Source: Desulfotalea psychrophila LSv54
Lineage (GTDB): Bacteria; Desulfobacterota; Desulfobulbia; Desulfobulbales; Desulfocapsaceae
DNA: 32,000 bases
Direction of reading: 5' to 3'
Assembly: GCF_000025945.1 (NCBI RefSeq)
Contig: NC_006138.1
Coordinates: 480,001-512,000 of the forward strand
A program made the translations under genes and the position numbers. Positions 1 through 9,015 of the stretch are shown piece after piece. Below the pieces are notes generated by a model. The model was not told the DNA's origin. It did not search any database and worked only from the letters and a program-made list of their open reading frames with translations. The number at the start of each line of letters is the position of its first letter. The stretch's first letter is position 1.

Positions 1-1
1 C

Positions 2-451
2 AAAAACGCCATTTACATGAGGCGTTTCCTCAAAGACCTACACACAAAAGTTAAGGCCAAGCAAGACCTCTTCCCCACGAAGATCAACGACCACGGTTAT
101 GGCAGAATAAAAAACTTCAAAGAATTTGATGACTGCTACACGGCCCCCATTCACGGTTTTAAAAATGCAGAGGATTATTGGCAGAAATGTAGCTGCCTGC
201 CATGGCTAGACAAGATAAAGCTCCCCTGTATGATGGTCAACAGTCTCGACGACCCCTTCCTCAGCAAGAGCTGTTACCCTGTAGAGATAGCCCGTCAGAC
301 AAAACAGCTCCACCTTATCAGGCCACGATACGGTGGCCATGTGGGTTTTGTCGCCCTGAACAGGGAAAAGGAGTACTGGTCTGAGGCAATCACCAAGAGT
401 TTCATCCGCTCAACCCTCGATCAGCATCATCTGCCAGATCAGCCTGAATAA
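2..451 (+). CDS. alpha/beta-fold hydrolase, YheT/ABHD-like, C-terminal fragment (5' end lies outside the window)
   Basis: The frame is open from base 2. The C-terminal region (APIHGFKNAEDYW ... LDDPF ... GGHVGF) resembles the catalytic Asp/His part of the YheT-type hydrolase family. Stop at 449-451. Confidence 0.55.
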   Translation, partial: KNAIYMRRFLKDLHTKVKAKQDLFPTKINDHGYGRIKNFKEFDDCYTAPIHGFKNAEDYWQKCSCLPWLDKIKLPCMMVNSLDDPFLSKSCYPVEIARQTKQLHLIRPRYGGHVGFVALNREKEYWSEAITKSFIRSTLDQHHLPDQPE

Positions 452-1628
452 GCCCCCCGGGACGCAGAAGGGACAAGGCTGTCTGGGCAAGATAGGCCGC
501 TCCTATGGGCAGGGCGTCCTCATCAAGGATCATATGGGGGCTATGGAGCGGAGCCGTCCCACTCTCCGGCGGCATTGTTCCCAACAGGGCCAAACAGGAG
601 GGTACCTCTCCTGCGATAAAGGAGAAATCTTCTGCGCCCATACAGGGTTCTACCTCCAGCAGGGCCTCTTCACCAAGGATCTCCACCACAGCATCTCGGG
701 CAAGCTGGACCACCATCTCACTGTTTTCGGTAAGCGGAATAGAGTCTAACAGACTAAAGGAGATAGAGGTCTGATACAGACCGGCCAAGGCATCGCATCT
801 CTGCTCAACAAGAGCACGTACTCTACCCTGCAGGGCTGAATTAAGGGCACGAATTGTCCCCGTCAGCCGGACATTATCGGCAATGATATTGGCGGCCTTT
901 CCCCCTTCAATGGTACAGATGCTGAGCACTGCCACCTCAAAGGGGCTAACCTGCCTTGAAACAACTGTCTGTAGGCCCAGGACCAGCTCCGAGGCAATAA
1001 GAATGGCATCGATACCTTCCTGGGGAGAGGCTCCCGCATGGGCAGCCCGGCCCCGGACGACGATTTCAAAAATATCTGATGCGGCCATCACTGCCCCGGA
1101 GTTGAGAGCAATGGTTCCACTGGTCAGAGTAGGGACCTGATGCAGGGCAAGAGCGGCATCAACACCGGCAAGAACCCCTTCCCCTATCATCCTCCTAGCC
1201 CCGGAAAAGCCATCCGGATCATCATAACAGCCCTCTTCTGCAGGCTGAAAGAGCAGGCGCACCCGCCCCGAAAATGATTCATTTCGAAGCAGGGAGGCAG
1301 CGCCAAGGACCATGGCCACATGGGCATCATGACCACAGGCATGCATACACCCCTCAATTTGAGAGGAAAATGACAGACCCGTCTCCTCTGCAATGGGCAG
1401 GGCATCCATATCGGCTCGAAGCAAAACCCTTGCTCCCCCGCCAGGACCAAATTCTGCCACAATCCCCGTACCACCAAGACCGGAACGAAATTCTATACCC
1501 AAATCCCTAAGCATTCCACCGATCAACTCTGCTGTTTTATGCTCCTGATAACCAAGCTCTGGATAACGGTGAATCTGCCTACGTACCCCTATAATAAAGT
1601 CCCTTATAGCCTCTGCCTTTTGTCGCAT
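402..1628 (-). CDS. M20D-family amidohydrolase (N-acyl-amino-acid amidohydrolase / hippurate hydrolase-like)
   Basis: 408-aa ORF. N-terminus IRRQIHRYPELGYQEHKTAELI and metal-ligand region HACGHDAH are typical of peptidase M20D. The 3' end overlaps the convergent hydrolase gene by 50 nt. Confidence 0.85.
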   Translation of the reverse strand: MRQKAEAIRDFIIGVRRQIHRYPELGYQEHKTAELIGGMLRDLGIEFRSGLGGTGIVAEFGPGGGARVLLRADMDALPIAEETGLSFSSQIEGCMHACGHDAHVAMVLGAASLLRNESFSGRVRLLFQPAEEGCYDDPDGFSGARRMIGEGVLAGVDAALALHQVPTLTSGTIALNSGAVMAASDIFEIVVRGRAAHAGASPQEGIDAILIASELVLGLQTVVSRQVSPFEVAVLSICTIEGGKAANIIADNVRLTGTIRALNSALQGRVRALVEQRCDALAGLYQTSISFSLLDSIPLTENSEMVVQLARDAVVEILGEEALLEVEPCMGAEDFSFIAGEVPSCLALLGTMPPESGTAPLHSPHMILDEDALPIGAAYLAQTALSLLRPGGLIQADLADDADRGLSG

Positions 1629-1723
1629 CGCTCCCCCCTCTTACCTTTTAAGTGTAGGCCTTATACTAGCAAAAGAGAGAGAACAGAGCAAAAAATAGTC
1701 AACTTTTTGAGAGGAGAGGGCAA

Positions 1724-2767
1724 TCAGCCAACAATTTCGACATGGTTTATCTGCACATAGAGCTCACTGCCAAATTGCAATCCGACAGAGACCTTCTCGG
1801 CCACCTCGGAGTACAGAGATAGGTCTCCCACCTGCAGACAGATCAGACAGAGACCAGGCAAAGATGGACGCAACTCGACCACCCGGGCAGGAAAGGCATT
1901 AAGGACACTCCCCTCACCAGGCTTCTGAAAACAGAGAAGAACATCACGGGCCAACACCTGCAAACGCAGCTCTCGCCCCTCAGCCAGACCTTGGTGGGGC
2001 AGAGTAAAAATACCAGCCGCCGAGGAGAAGAGACAGAGACCCGGCTCAGAAGAGTGAAGAACATGGACAGGAAAAACATTACGATACCCCCCTGAGGAGG
2101 GGTAGAGCAGATGAGACAGCTCCTGCATAGGCCCATTGGCCTGTAGTCGCCCCTCATCCAAAATAAGAAGGTGATCGGCAAGGCGCATAACCTCATCGGC
2201 TGAATGACTGACATAGAGGACAGGAATCTCCAGCTGGCGATGAAGAGACTGAAGATAGGGAATGATCTCCTGCTTATGAGCCATATCCAGGGCAGCAAGA
2301 GGTTCGTCCATAAGAAGCATGGTAGGACGTGCAGCCAGGGCCCGGGCAATGCCCACCCGCTGCTGTTCACCGCCCGAAAGACCCGCGATACTTCGGTCGA
2401 GGAGATGCCCTATCTGTAATAGTTCAACTGCCTGATGCAGGGTCTGCCGATCAGCCCTGCGACGCCTCAGCCCATACTCTACATTACGACGCACAGAGAG
2501 ATGTGGAAAGAGACGTGGCTCCTGAAAAACATAGCCAATGGATCGTTTATGGGCCGGGACAAAGGAGTCTCTGTCCTGCCAGAGAAGATTCCCCACCTGA
2601 AGAAAACCAGACTCAAAACGCTCCAGACCGGCGATAGCACGAAGCAGAGTTGTCTTGCCACAGCCGGAGGGTCCAACCAGAGCGGTGAGACCTCGGGCAG
2701 GAAATTTCAGATCAACATCGAGAGAAAAGCCCTCTCGCTCAACCAGAAATCTGGCTAAAATTGTCAT
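1724..2767 (-). CDS. modC: molybdate ABC transporter ATP-binding protein with C-terminal TOBE/Mop domain
   Basis: Walker A GPSGCGKTT, signature LSGGEQQRV, Walker B LLMDEP, plus a C-terminal extension of about 120 aa (347 aa total) as in ModC. The start overlaps the modB stop by 4 nt. Confidence 0.88.
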   Translation of the reverse strand: MTILARFLVEREGFSLDVDLKFPARGLTALVGPSGCGKTTLLRAIAGLERFESGFLQVGNLLWQDRDSFVPAHKRSIGYVFQEPRLFPHLSVRRNVEYGLRRRRADRQTLHQAVELLQIGHLLDRSIAGLSGGEQQRVGIARALAARPTMLLMDEPLAALDMAHKQEIIPYLQSLHRQLEIPVLYVSHSADEVMRLADHLLILDEGRLQANGPMQELSHLLYPSSGGYRNVFPVHVLHSSEPGLCLFSSAAGIFTLPHQGLAEGRELRLQVLARDVLLCFQKPGEGSVLNAFPARVVELRPSLPGLCLICLQVGDLSLYSEVAEKVSVGLQFGSELYVQINHVEIVG

Positions 2768-3447
2768 GAGCGGGCCACCGTAAATCGTCGATTAACGGCG
2801 TAAACCACGATCAGAAGAGAGAAGGAGAGAAGAAGGAGAAGACCAGACATGATATGTGCCTGAGTATACTCAAGAGATTCGACATGGTCATAAATGGCAA
2901 TGGAAATCACCTGAGTTGTGCCCGGAATATTACCGCCAATCATCAGAACCACGCCAAACTCCCCCAAGGTATGGGCAAAACCAAGGACGGCAGCAGTTAA
3001 GAAACCGGGCCTGGCCAAAGGCACGGCCACAGAAAAAAAACGATCCAGAGGTGACGCGCCCAGGGTAGCAGCCACCTCTAAGGGCTTTCTGCCAACGGCA
3101 ACAAAGGCATCCTGTAATGGCTGCACCACAAAGGGCATGGAGTAAAAAACAGAACCCACCACCAAGCCGGCAAAGGTGAAGGCCAATGGTTCCCCCCCAA
3201 AGTAAACCATTAAAGCACCCAATGGCCCGTGAGCCCCCAGAGCCACCAGAAGATAAAAACCGAGCACAGTGGGGGGCAAGACAAGGGGCAGGGCCACTAA
3301 CGCTTCCAGCAAAAACTTCCAGCGCCAACGGCTCGTAGCAAGCCACCAGGCGATGGGGGTGCCCACCACCAGTAAGATAACGGTGGTCAGCGAGGCAAGC
3401 TTCAGGGTGACGAACAGGGCAGATAAATCATACTCATTAAAGATCAT
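2764..3447 (-). CDS. modB: molybdate ABC transporter permease
   Basis: 227-aa polytopic membrane protein of the ModB/CysT type. It is translationally coupled to modA and modC through 4-nt overlaps. Confidence 0.88.
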   Translation of the reverse strand: MIFNEYDLSALFVTLKLASLTTVILLVVGTPIAWWLATSRWRWKFLLEALVALPLVLPPTVLGFYLLVALGAHGPLGALMVYFGGEPLAFTFAGLVVGSVFYSMPFVVQPLQDAFVAVGRKPLEVAATLGASPLDRFFSVAVPLARPGFLTAAVLGFAHTLGEFGVVLMIGGNIPGTTQVISIAIYDHVESLEYTQAHIMSGLLLLLSFSLLIVVYAVNRRFTVARS

Positions 3448-4199
3448 GGACAGGAGTAACCAAAACCTCGAATAATTTTAAGGGCCTCTTCTCCCTTGGC
3501 AAATTCAAGGAACTGAGCTGCAACCTTATTGTCCCGGAGAAGAACGGCCTGCTGCTCAATGGGGCTATAAAGAGCTACAGGCACCTTCCATAGAGAACCC
3601 TGAAGATCAGCCTTACCACTCTTAAGCTGGGAGAGGGCAATAAAACCAAGCTCGGCATTACCACTCTTAATAAACTGCAGGGCCTGACTGATATTTTCGC
3701 CACGGACAAATTTAGGCTGCAATTGCTTCCACAGGCCAAGATTCTCTAACACCTGCTGAGAGGCCTTGCCATAGGGGGCAAGTTTTGGATTGGCAAAGGC
3801 CAGATGGTGAAACCGGCCCTCTTTCAAGGCAGTCGCGGAATCATCTAATAACTGCGGATCAGCACTCCAAAGTACCAAGGTACCCATGGCATAGGTAAAG
3901 CGAGTTCCAGCAACGGCAAGACCCTCCTCCTCCAGAAGTTTTGGACGTCTGACGTCTGCGGCAAAAAAGGCATCAAAGGGAGCACCGTTTTTGATCTGGG
4001 CATAATGTTTACCTGTGGAACCAAAAAGAAGAACGACCTTATGCGAAGTTTTCGCTTGAAAAGAGCTGGCAATTTCTTTTATGGCACCGGTAAAGTTACT
4101 GGCCACCGCCACTCGAATTTGTTCTGCCGAGGCAGATCCCGCCACCAGCAGAAAGCTCAGCACGATAATTGAACAAAAAAAACAGACTCCCCTCTTCAT
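3444..4199 (-). CDS. modA: periplasmic molybdate-binding protein
   Basis: ModA-like sequence (VAVASNF..., FGSTG, APYGKA). I place the start at ATG 4199 (MKRGVCFF..., signal peptide ending ASA), which is preceded by GGAGG. The 34-aa extension in the ORF track is probably not translated. Confidence 0.85.
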   Translation of the reverse strand: MKRGVCFFCSIIVLSFLLVAGSASAEQIRVAVASNFTGAIKEIASSFQAKTSHKVVLLFGSTGKHYAQIKNGAPFDAFFAADVRRPKLLEEEGLAVAGTRFTYAMGTLVLWSADPQLLDDSATALKEGRFHHLAFANPKLAPYGKASQQVLENLGLWKQLQPKFVRGENISQALQFIKSGNAELGFIALSQLKSGKADLQGSLWKVPVALYSPIEQQAVLLRDNKVAAQFLEFAKGEEALKIIRGFGYSCP

Positions 4200-4583
4200 A
4201 ATACTCCTCCCTTCTTTAAACAGCCTAAGGAGGATTTGAGCATAATCCAAAGCAGAAGATGTTCCCTCCCATTTTCTGCAAAAAAACATACAACAACTCA
4301 TTTACAAAAACAATCCGAATAATAACAAGATAATGAAGCAGCTACATTCTACCAACCACTTTTCATTTAAATGACAGAAAATGACAATAACAGACCATTA
4401 AAGGCAAAGTGACCTCTAACAATAAAAGAAAAAAGAAAGAAAAAGATTATTGCCTCCCCTTCTCCGCTCTTACATTATTGACTATAACAATGTATCAATA
4501 GGGCTATTGTAAAAAAGAGCAAAAGGCCCTGAAAGCGTAGCCCCCACACACCACCCTAAATATCATTTATCCGAGGATGAGTT

Positions 4584-6161
4584 TTGCATCTCTTAATCAA
4601 GACATTAGTTATTCCCATCGAAAAAGATGGAATGGCAGAATATATAAAAACCATCGCCAAAATAGTAAAAATTAATGAAGACGATATAAGAGTAGTAAAA
4701 ACCCTGAGCAAGGCCATTGACCTGCGGGATCAAAATCAATTTTATTATAAGCTCTCGCTCGTCATATCCGTCCCTGATCTATTTGAGAACCCAGCCGCCA
4801 TACCTCTCTATGAAGAGCATCAGGAACCAAAAAAAACGCAGCTTCCAGGAAGAGAGAAACCCATCGTAGTGGGTTTTGGCCCCGCTGGCATGTTTGCGGC
4901 CCTGGAACTCATCGAATATGGATTGAAACCTCTTATCTTTGAAAGAGGGGAAAAAATAGAGGTGCGCGCCCTTGACGTCCAGAGATTTATTCGGGAAAAG
5001 ATTCTCAATCCGGCGTCCAACATCCAATATGGCGAAGGCGGGGCAGGCTCCTTTTCTGACGGCAAGCTCTTTTCAAGAAGAAACAACAATACCGGATACA
5101 TCAACAAGGTACTGCAGACATTTATCCGCTTTGGTGCCCCGGCAGAGATAGAGTATATGGCCAAGCCCCATCTGGGAACCGATGTGCTCTGCAAGATCGT
5201 ACGCAATATACGTAATTACATCCTTGAGCGGGGCGGGGAAATACACTACCGCTCGCAGATGACCGATATCATCATAACAGAGGAGAGGGCCGTGGGAATT
5301 GTGGTCAACGATGAGAGAGAATATCTCGCATCCACCATATTTATTGCCTCCGGTCACTCTGCCCGCGACACCTACCAGATGATGGCCGACCGGGGCATTG
5401 CCCTCGAGCAGCGACCTCTTTCAGTGGGACTAAGGATCGATCACCCCGTGGAGACCATTAATCTCCTCCGCTATGGAAATAAATATAAGGACTTTCCAGG
5501 ACTCGGGGCCGCCACATATTCCATTAACTACACCAACAGAAAAATCAAAAAAGGTGTCTATACCTTCTGCATGTGCCCGGGTGGCGAGATCGTCAACGCC
5601 TCCTCGGAGCCGGGACACTTTGTGGTAAACGGAATGAGCTACTCGCAGAGGTCATCGCCCTACTCCAATGCAGCTCTGGTGGTCAGCTGTCACCCCAGTG
5701 ACTACCCATCAGCTGATCCACTGGCGGGAATCGAGTTCCAGCGAGCAATTGAAAAAAAGGCCTACCAGGCAGGCAGAGGCACATGGCAGGCACCGGCCCA
5801 AAACCTGCTCGACTTTCTCGCCGACAGGCCCTCTACCACCCTCAATCCCAACTCCTTTAAGATGGGGGTGATCCCAGCCAATATGCGCGATATCATGCCC
5901 GCCTTTATCATAAGAGAGCTTCTTGCAGCCTTTGCTAAATGGAAGGCAGAAGTGCCCTTGTTTATTTCTGAACAGGCCATACTCTTAGGGGTGGAAACCA
6001 GAACATCATCTCCAGTGCGAGTGCAAAGAGATGAGCACTATGAGTCTATAAATATTAAGAACATCTACCCAATCGGCGAAGGATCGGGGCATACGGGTGG
6101 TATCACCAGCTCTGCCGCCGATGGCATAAGGGCCGTGCAGAAATTTGCCGCACGGCAGTAA
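4584..6161 (+). CDS. FAD-dependent protein, COG2509 family (uncharacterised NAD(FAD)-utilising dehydrogenase)
   Basis: 525-aa ORF with a TTG start. The dinucleotide-binding motif VVGFGPAGMFAALEL and the overall length match COG2509 proteins. Confidence 0.7.
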   Translation: MHLLIKTLVIPIEKDGMAEYIKTIAKIVKINEDDIRVVKTLSKAIDLRDQNQFYYKLSLVISVPDLFENPAAIPLYEEHQEPKKTQLPGREKPIVVGFGPAGMFAALELIEYGLKPLIFERGEKIEVRALDVQRFIREKILNPASNIQYGEGGAGSFSDGKLFSRRNNNTGYINKVLQTFIRFGAPAEIEYMAKPHLGTDVLCKIVRNIRNYILERGGEIHYRSQMTDIIITEERAVGIVVNDEREYLASTIFIASGHSARDTYQMMADRGIALEQRPLSVGLRIDHPVETINLLRYGNKYKDFPGLGAATYSINYTNRKIKKGVYTFCMCPGGEIVNASSEPGHFVVNGMSYSQRSSPYSNAALVVSCHPSDYPSADPLAGIEFQRAIEKKAYQAGRGTWQAPAQNLLDFLADRPSTTLNPNSFKMGVIPANMRDIMPAFIIRELLAAFAKWKAEVPLFISEQAILLGVETRTSSPVRVQRDEHYESINIKNIYPIGEGSGHTGGITSSAADGIRAVQKFAARQ

Positions 6162-6210
6162 TGCCCGGACAACGAATTTTACAAAATATACCTAAAAAGA
6201 TGGAGCATAC

Positions 6211-6903
6211 ATGAGATTACAAAAATTTTTATCTGATATCGGCTACTGTTCACGCGGTCAGGCGGAAGATTTGATCCGCAAAAGAAAGATCATGGTAAAT
6301 GGCAAGCAGGCAACCCTGGGCGATAAGGTCAGAGGAAATGAAAAGATTGTCATAGAGGGACGCCTGTTGGAAAGAAAAAAAGGACCGGCGAAAAAGGTAC
6401 TTCTCTTTCACAAGCCCGAGGCCGTAGACTGTTCTCTGGCTCCATCAAAAACCACCAAGACCCTGCTCGACTTTGATTTCGGTACCGACCGTGTTTTCCC
6501 CGTTGGCTACCTTGACCAAGCCTCCGAGGGCATACTACTCCTGACCAACGACGGAGAAATCGCGAACAAACTCTCCCTACCGGAGTTTAGGCCAGAGGAT
6601 GAGTACCTTCTAACCAGCCCAGAAGAAATTGACGCAGAGATGATCGAAAAGCTCACTCAGGCCAGAAAGGCAGAAAAGAACAAATCAGTGGTCGATATTG
6701 AGCAAATAGACGCCAAGCACCTGCGAATACTACAGCAGGGCGGCCGCAGTAAGGACATTAAGAAGATGTGTGAGGCTGTTGAACTGGTGATTGAGCAGCT
6801 GGTTCGAGTACGGGTGGGTAATATCACTCTGGAAGGACTTGAAAAAGGCATATACATCCCCCTTGATCCTGAACAGCTCAAGCGCCTCCTCAAAAAGCAG
6901 TAG
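6211..6903 (+). CDS. RsuA/RluF-like pseudouridine synthase homologue with N-terminal S4 domain and divergent active-site motifs
   Basis: S4 domain MRLQKFLSDIGYCSRGQAEDLIRKRKIMVNGK. Catalytic-core signature VGYLDQASEGILLLTNDG, where the family motif is GRLD...SEGLLLLTNDG. Confidence 0.7.
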   Translation: MRLQKFLSDIGYCSRGQAEDLIRKRKIMVNGKQATLGDKVRGNEKIVIEGRLLERKKGPAKKVLLFHKPEAVDCSLAPSKTTKTLLDFDFGTDRVFPVGYLDQASEGILLLTNDGEIANKLSLPEFRPEDEYLLTSPEEIDAEMIEKLTQARKAEKNKSVVDIEQIDAKHLRILQQGGRSKDIKKMCEAVELVIEQLVRVRVGNITLEGLEKGIYIPLDPEQLKRLLKKQ

Positions 6904-6921
6904 CCCCTACCCGAGAAATAG

Positions 6922-6953
6922 CACAGGCCATAAAATGATGTTTATGGCCTGTG
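6922..6953. terminator. perfect 13-bp stem hairpin between convergent genes (bidirectional terminator candidate)
   Basis: CACAGGCCATAAA-atgatg-TTTATGGCCTGTG, followed by ATTTAT. It begins 19 nt after the pseudouridine synthase stop. Confidence 0.6.
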
Positions 6954-6987
6954 ATTTATCGCCTTTCCCTAAGGCCTGTCAGAAAAT

Positions 6988-7006
6988 AAGATAAACATCT
7001 TATCTT
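6988..7006 (-). terminator. short hairpin with T-rich tail after the symporter gene
   Basis: On the minus strand: AAGATAA-GATGT-TTATCTT followed by ATTTTCT. It lies 17 nt after the stop at 7023. Confidence 0.35.
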
Positions 7007-7022
7007 GTAACAGCCTTTAAGA

Positions 7023-8453
7023 TCACTCTCTCTTCTTACCTGCACAGATCACCTGCACCAGCAAAAAGGCCAGAAGTGAGGCCAAAAGTGAGGAGACAAT
7101 GGCATGCAAGCCAAAGATCTTTATCTTCAGGAATGTTTGAGGTAGATAAAATGCCAAGCCAAGTACCATACTAGCCAAAGCCGCCTGACTGGAGGCCGCC
7201 GGCCAAAAAAGGCCAAGAACAAGCGGCCATAAGAAGACCACCTGCAGGGCGCCAAAGGCCGCCATATTAAGCCAGATAATCATCTGCGGTGGATTAAGGG
7301 CGAGCAGAGTACAGACCCCCGCCACCACAATAGTTATCACTCTGGTCAGCCATTTTTGCTGGCCCTCACTTAAGCTGTAATTTCGAATGGCAAGATCATT
7401 CACCAGGGTAGATGTAGCCTGGAGCAACATTGAATCCACCGAAGACATGATGGCGGCAATGGGGGCAGCAAGGAGCAATCCCGCCACCCAGGGTGAAAAC
7501 AGGCGGAGCATCAAGGTGGGCATAATCTCATCGGGACTGCTGAGCTCCGGCACCAGAGGTCGGCCAAGGGCACCAATAAGGTGAGGCAGGAAGGTGACAA
7601 GAGCTGTCACCGCAGTACCAAGCACCATGGCCCTGGCAATGGCCTTACCGTCTTTGGCAGCCATTACCCGAAGCACCGTATGAGGCAGGCCGATGGTTCC
7701 GAAACAGACCAAGATCCAAAAGGAGAAGAGGAAGGGCCAGGACATAAAGCCGCCTGCTCCATGGGGCTGAACAAGCCCTGGATCAATGCTCGCCATCTGC
7801 GAGGTAAGATTTGCCATACCACCACCATGAGCAAGCACTCCCAGCAGGAGAGCAACCATACCTGCCAGCATGATAAGTCCTTGGATGGCATCGGTATAAC
7901 TTACAGCCCGAAATCCGCCCCAGAGGGTATAGACCACAACGGTTCCCACAAAGAGAAAGAGGCCATTTGCATAGGACATACCCACCATAACGTTGAGCAG
8001 ACGAGCCCCACTGGTAAATTGGACCACAATCATACCTAAGAAACCGGCAACAAGACTCATGCCGGCAAGCCAGAGCAGGGCCTTTGAATGATAACGATCT
8101 CTGAAAATATCAAGTATGGTTACAGCCTTACTCTCTTTTGCCAGAGTCCAGAGACGGGGGCCTAAAACCCCCAGGGTCAGCATAACAACTGGCACCTGAA
8201 TAACGGCAAGCAGTACCCAGCCCAGGCCAAAGGTATAGGCCGCCCCGGGACCACCGATAAAAGAGCTGGCACTGGTATAGGTAGCCACCAACGAGAGGGC
8301 CAGGACCCCCCCGCCCATAAACTGACCACCAAGAAAATATTTACGGGAAAAATCTTCATCTCCGCCAGCGCGGTTAGCTGCAAAACGAGAGACAAGAAGG
8401 GTCAAGACAAGATAGATGACAATCGAAACAAGAATCGGGTTCACAGAGATCAA
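7023..8453 (-). CDS. sodium:solute symporter family transporter (PanF-like)
   Basis: 476-aa protein with about 13 hydrophobic segments and an SSS-family appearance. It is coupled to an upstream YhdT/DUF997-like small membrane protein, as in E. coli yhdT-panF. Confidence 0.8.
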   Translation of the reverse strand: MISVNPILVSIVIYLVLTLLVSRFAANRAGGDEDFSRKYFLGGQFMGGGVLALSLVATYTSASSFIGGPGAAYTFGLGWVLLAVIQVPVVMLTLGVLGPRLWTLAKESKAVTILDIFRDRYHSKALLWLAGMSLVAGFLGMIVVQFTSGARLLNVMVGMSYANGLFLFVGTVVVYTLWGGFRAVSYTDAIQGLIMLAGMVALLLGVLAHGGGMANLTSQMASIDPGLVQPHGAGGFMSWPFLFSFWILVCFGTIGLPHTVLRVMAAKDGKAIARAMVLGTAVTALVTFLPHLIGALGRPLVPELSSPDEIMPTLMLRLFSPWVAGLLLAAPIAAIMSSVDSMLLQATSTLVNDLAIRNYSLSEGQQKWLTRVITIVVAGVCTLLALNPPQMIIWLNMAAFGALQVVFLWPLVLGLFWPAASSQAALASMVLGLAFYLPQTFLKIKIFGLHAIVSSLLASLLAFLLVQVICAGKKRE

Positions 8454-8653
8454 CGCTCAAGCAGAAGGAAATAGGCAGCAACCACCAACAGGGTGGGAGC
8501 CATTACACAGGAAAACCAAAACCATAGGGGTAATCCGGCAAACATCTCAGGTATCACCCTACCATCGGTTCCAAAAATAATTGGACCGAGCGCCCAAAGA
8601 AAACAGTAGGCAAAAGTCAAAAGCAGGGCCCTTGACGTCATCTTTTCAGACAT
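8450..8653 (-). CDS. small two-TM membrane protein, YhdT/DUF997-like
   Basis: 67 aa from ATG 8653, preceded by AAGGGGA. Two hydrophobic helices. 4-nt overlap with the symporter start. Confidence 0.55.
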   Translation of the reverse strand: MSEKMTSRALLLTFAYCFLWALGPIIFGTDGRVIPEMFAGLPLWFWFSCVMAPTLLVVAAYFLLLER

Positions 8654-9015
8654 AGAATTTTCCCCTTGGATTTTTTGTTTCTTCACAGAAAATATCTCCC
8701 TTTTTACAGAGCAGATGCTTATACCCTTACAAATTCTCCCAATAGCCACATTAACCGATGACTGTCAACAGAAAGTCTATGGCGAGAAGATAAGAAATTT
8801 TGTTCAAGACAGGGGACGGCCAAGGCCTAAGCCTAAATTCTATCATTTTCCAATATGATAAAACGGACAAAACCTCTTTAAGCCCTTATGGCTTTTAAAA
8901 ACAATCTGATTGTAGGCGCCAACTTAATTTATTACACTCAATATTCATTTTTAATGATAAACAGCGGCCAACCCCCTCAACAGCCTTTACAACAACACCA
9001 TCAAAGAGAGCTTTT

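Noticed and set aside
402-451. 50-nt convergent overlap between the hydrolase and M20 amidohydrolase 3' ends as a regulatory feature
   Set aside because: Overlapping convergent 3' ends are common. Either stop could simply reflect a non-conserved C-terminal tail, and nothing in the sequence suggests a specific function.
4200-4301. N-terminal extensions given by the ORF track for modA (to 4301), hydA (to 27564), hydG (to 24197), fdhF (to 30216), hydF (to 21728) and the yhdT-like gene (to 8749)
   Set aside because: In each case an internal ATG with a Shine-Dalgarno sequence gives the family-typical N-terminus, such as a signal peptide or first cluster motif. The extensions would run through upstream genes or promoter elements.
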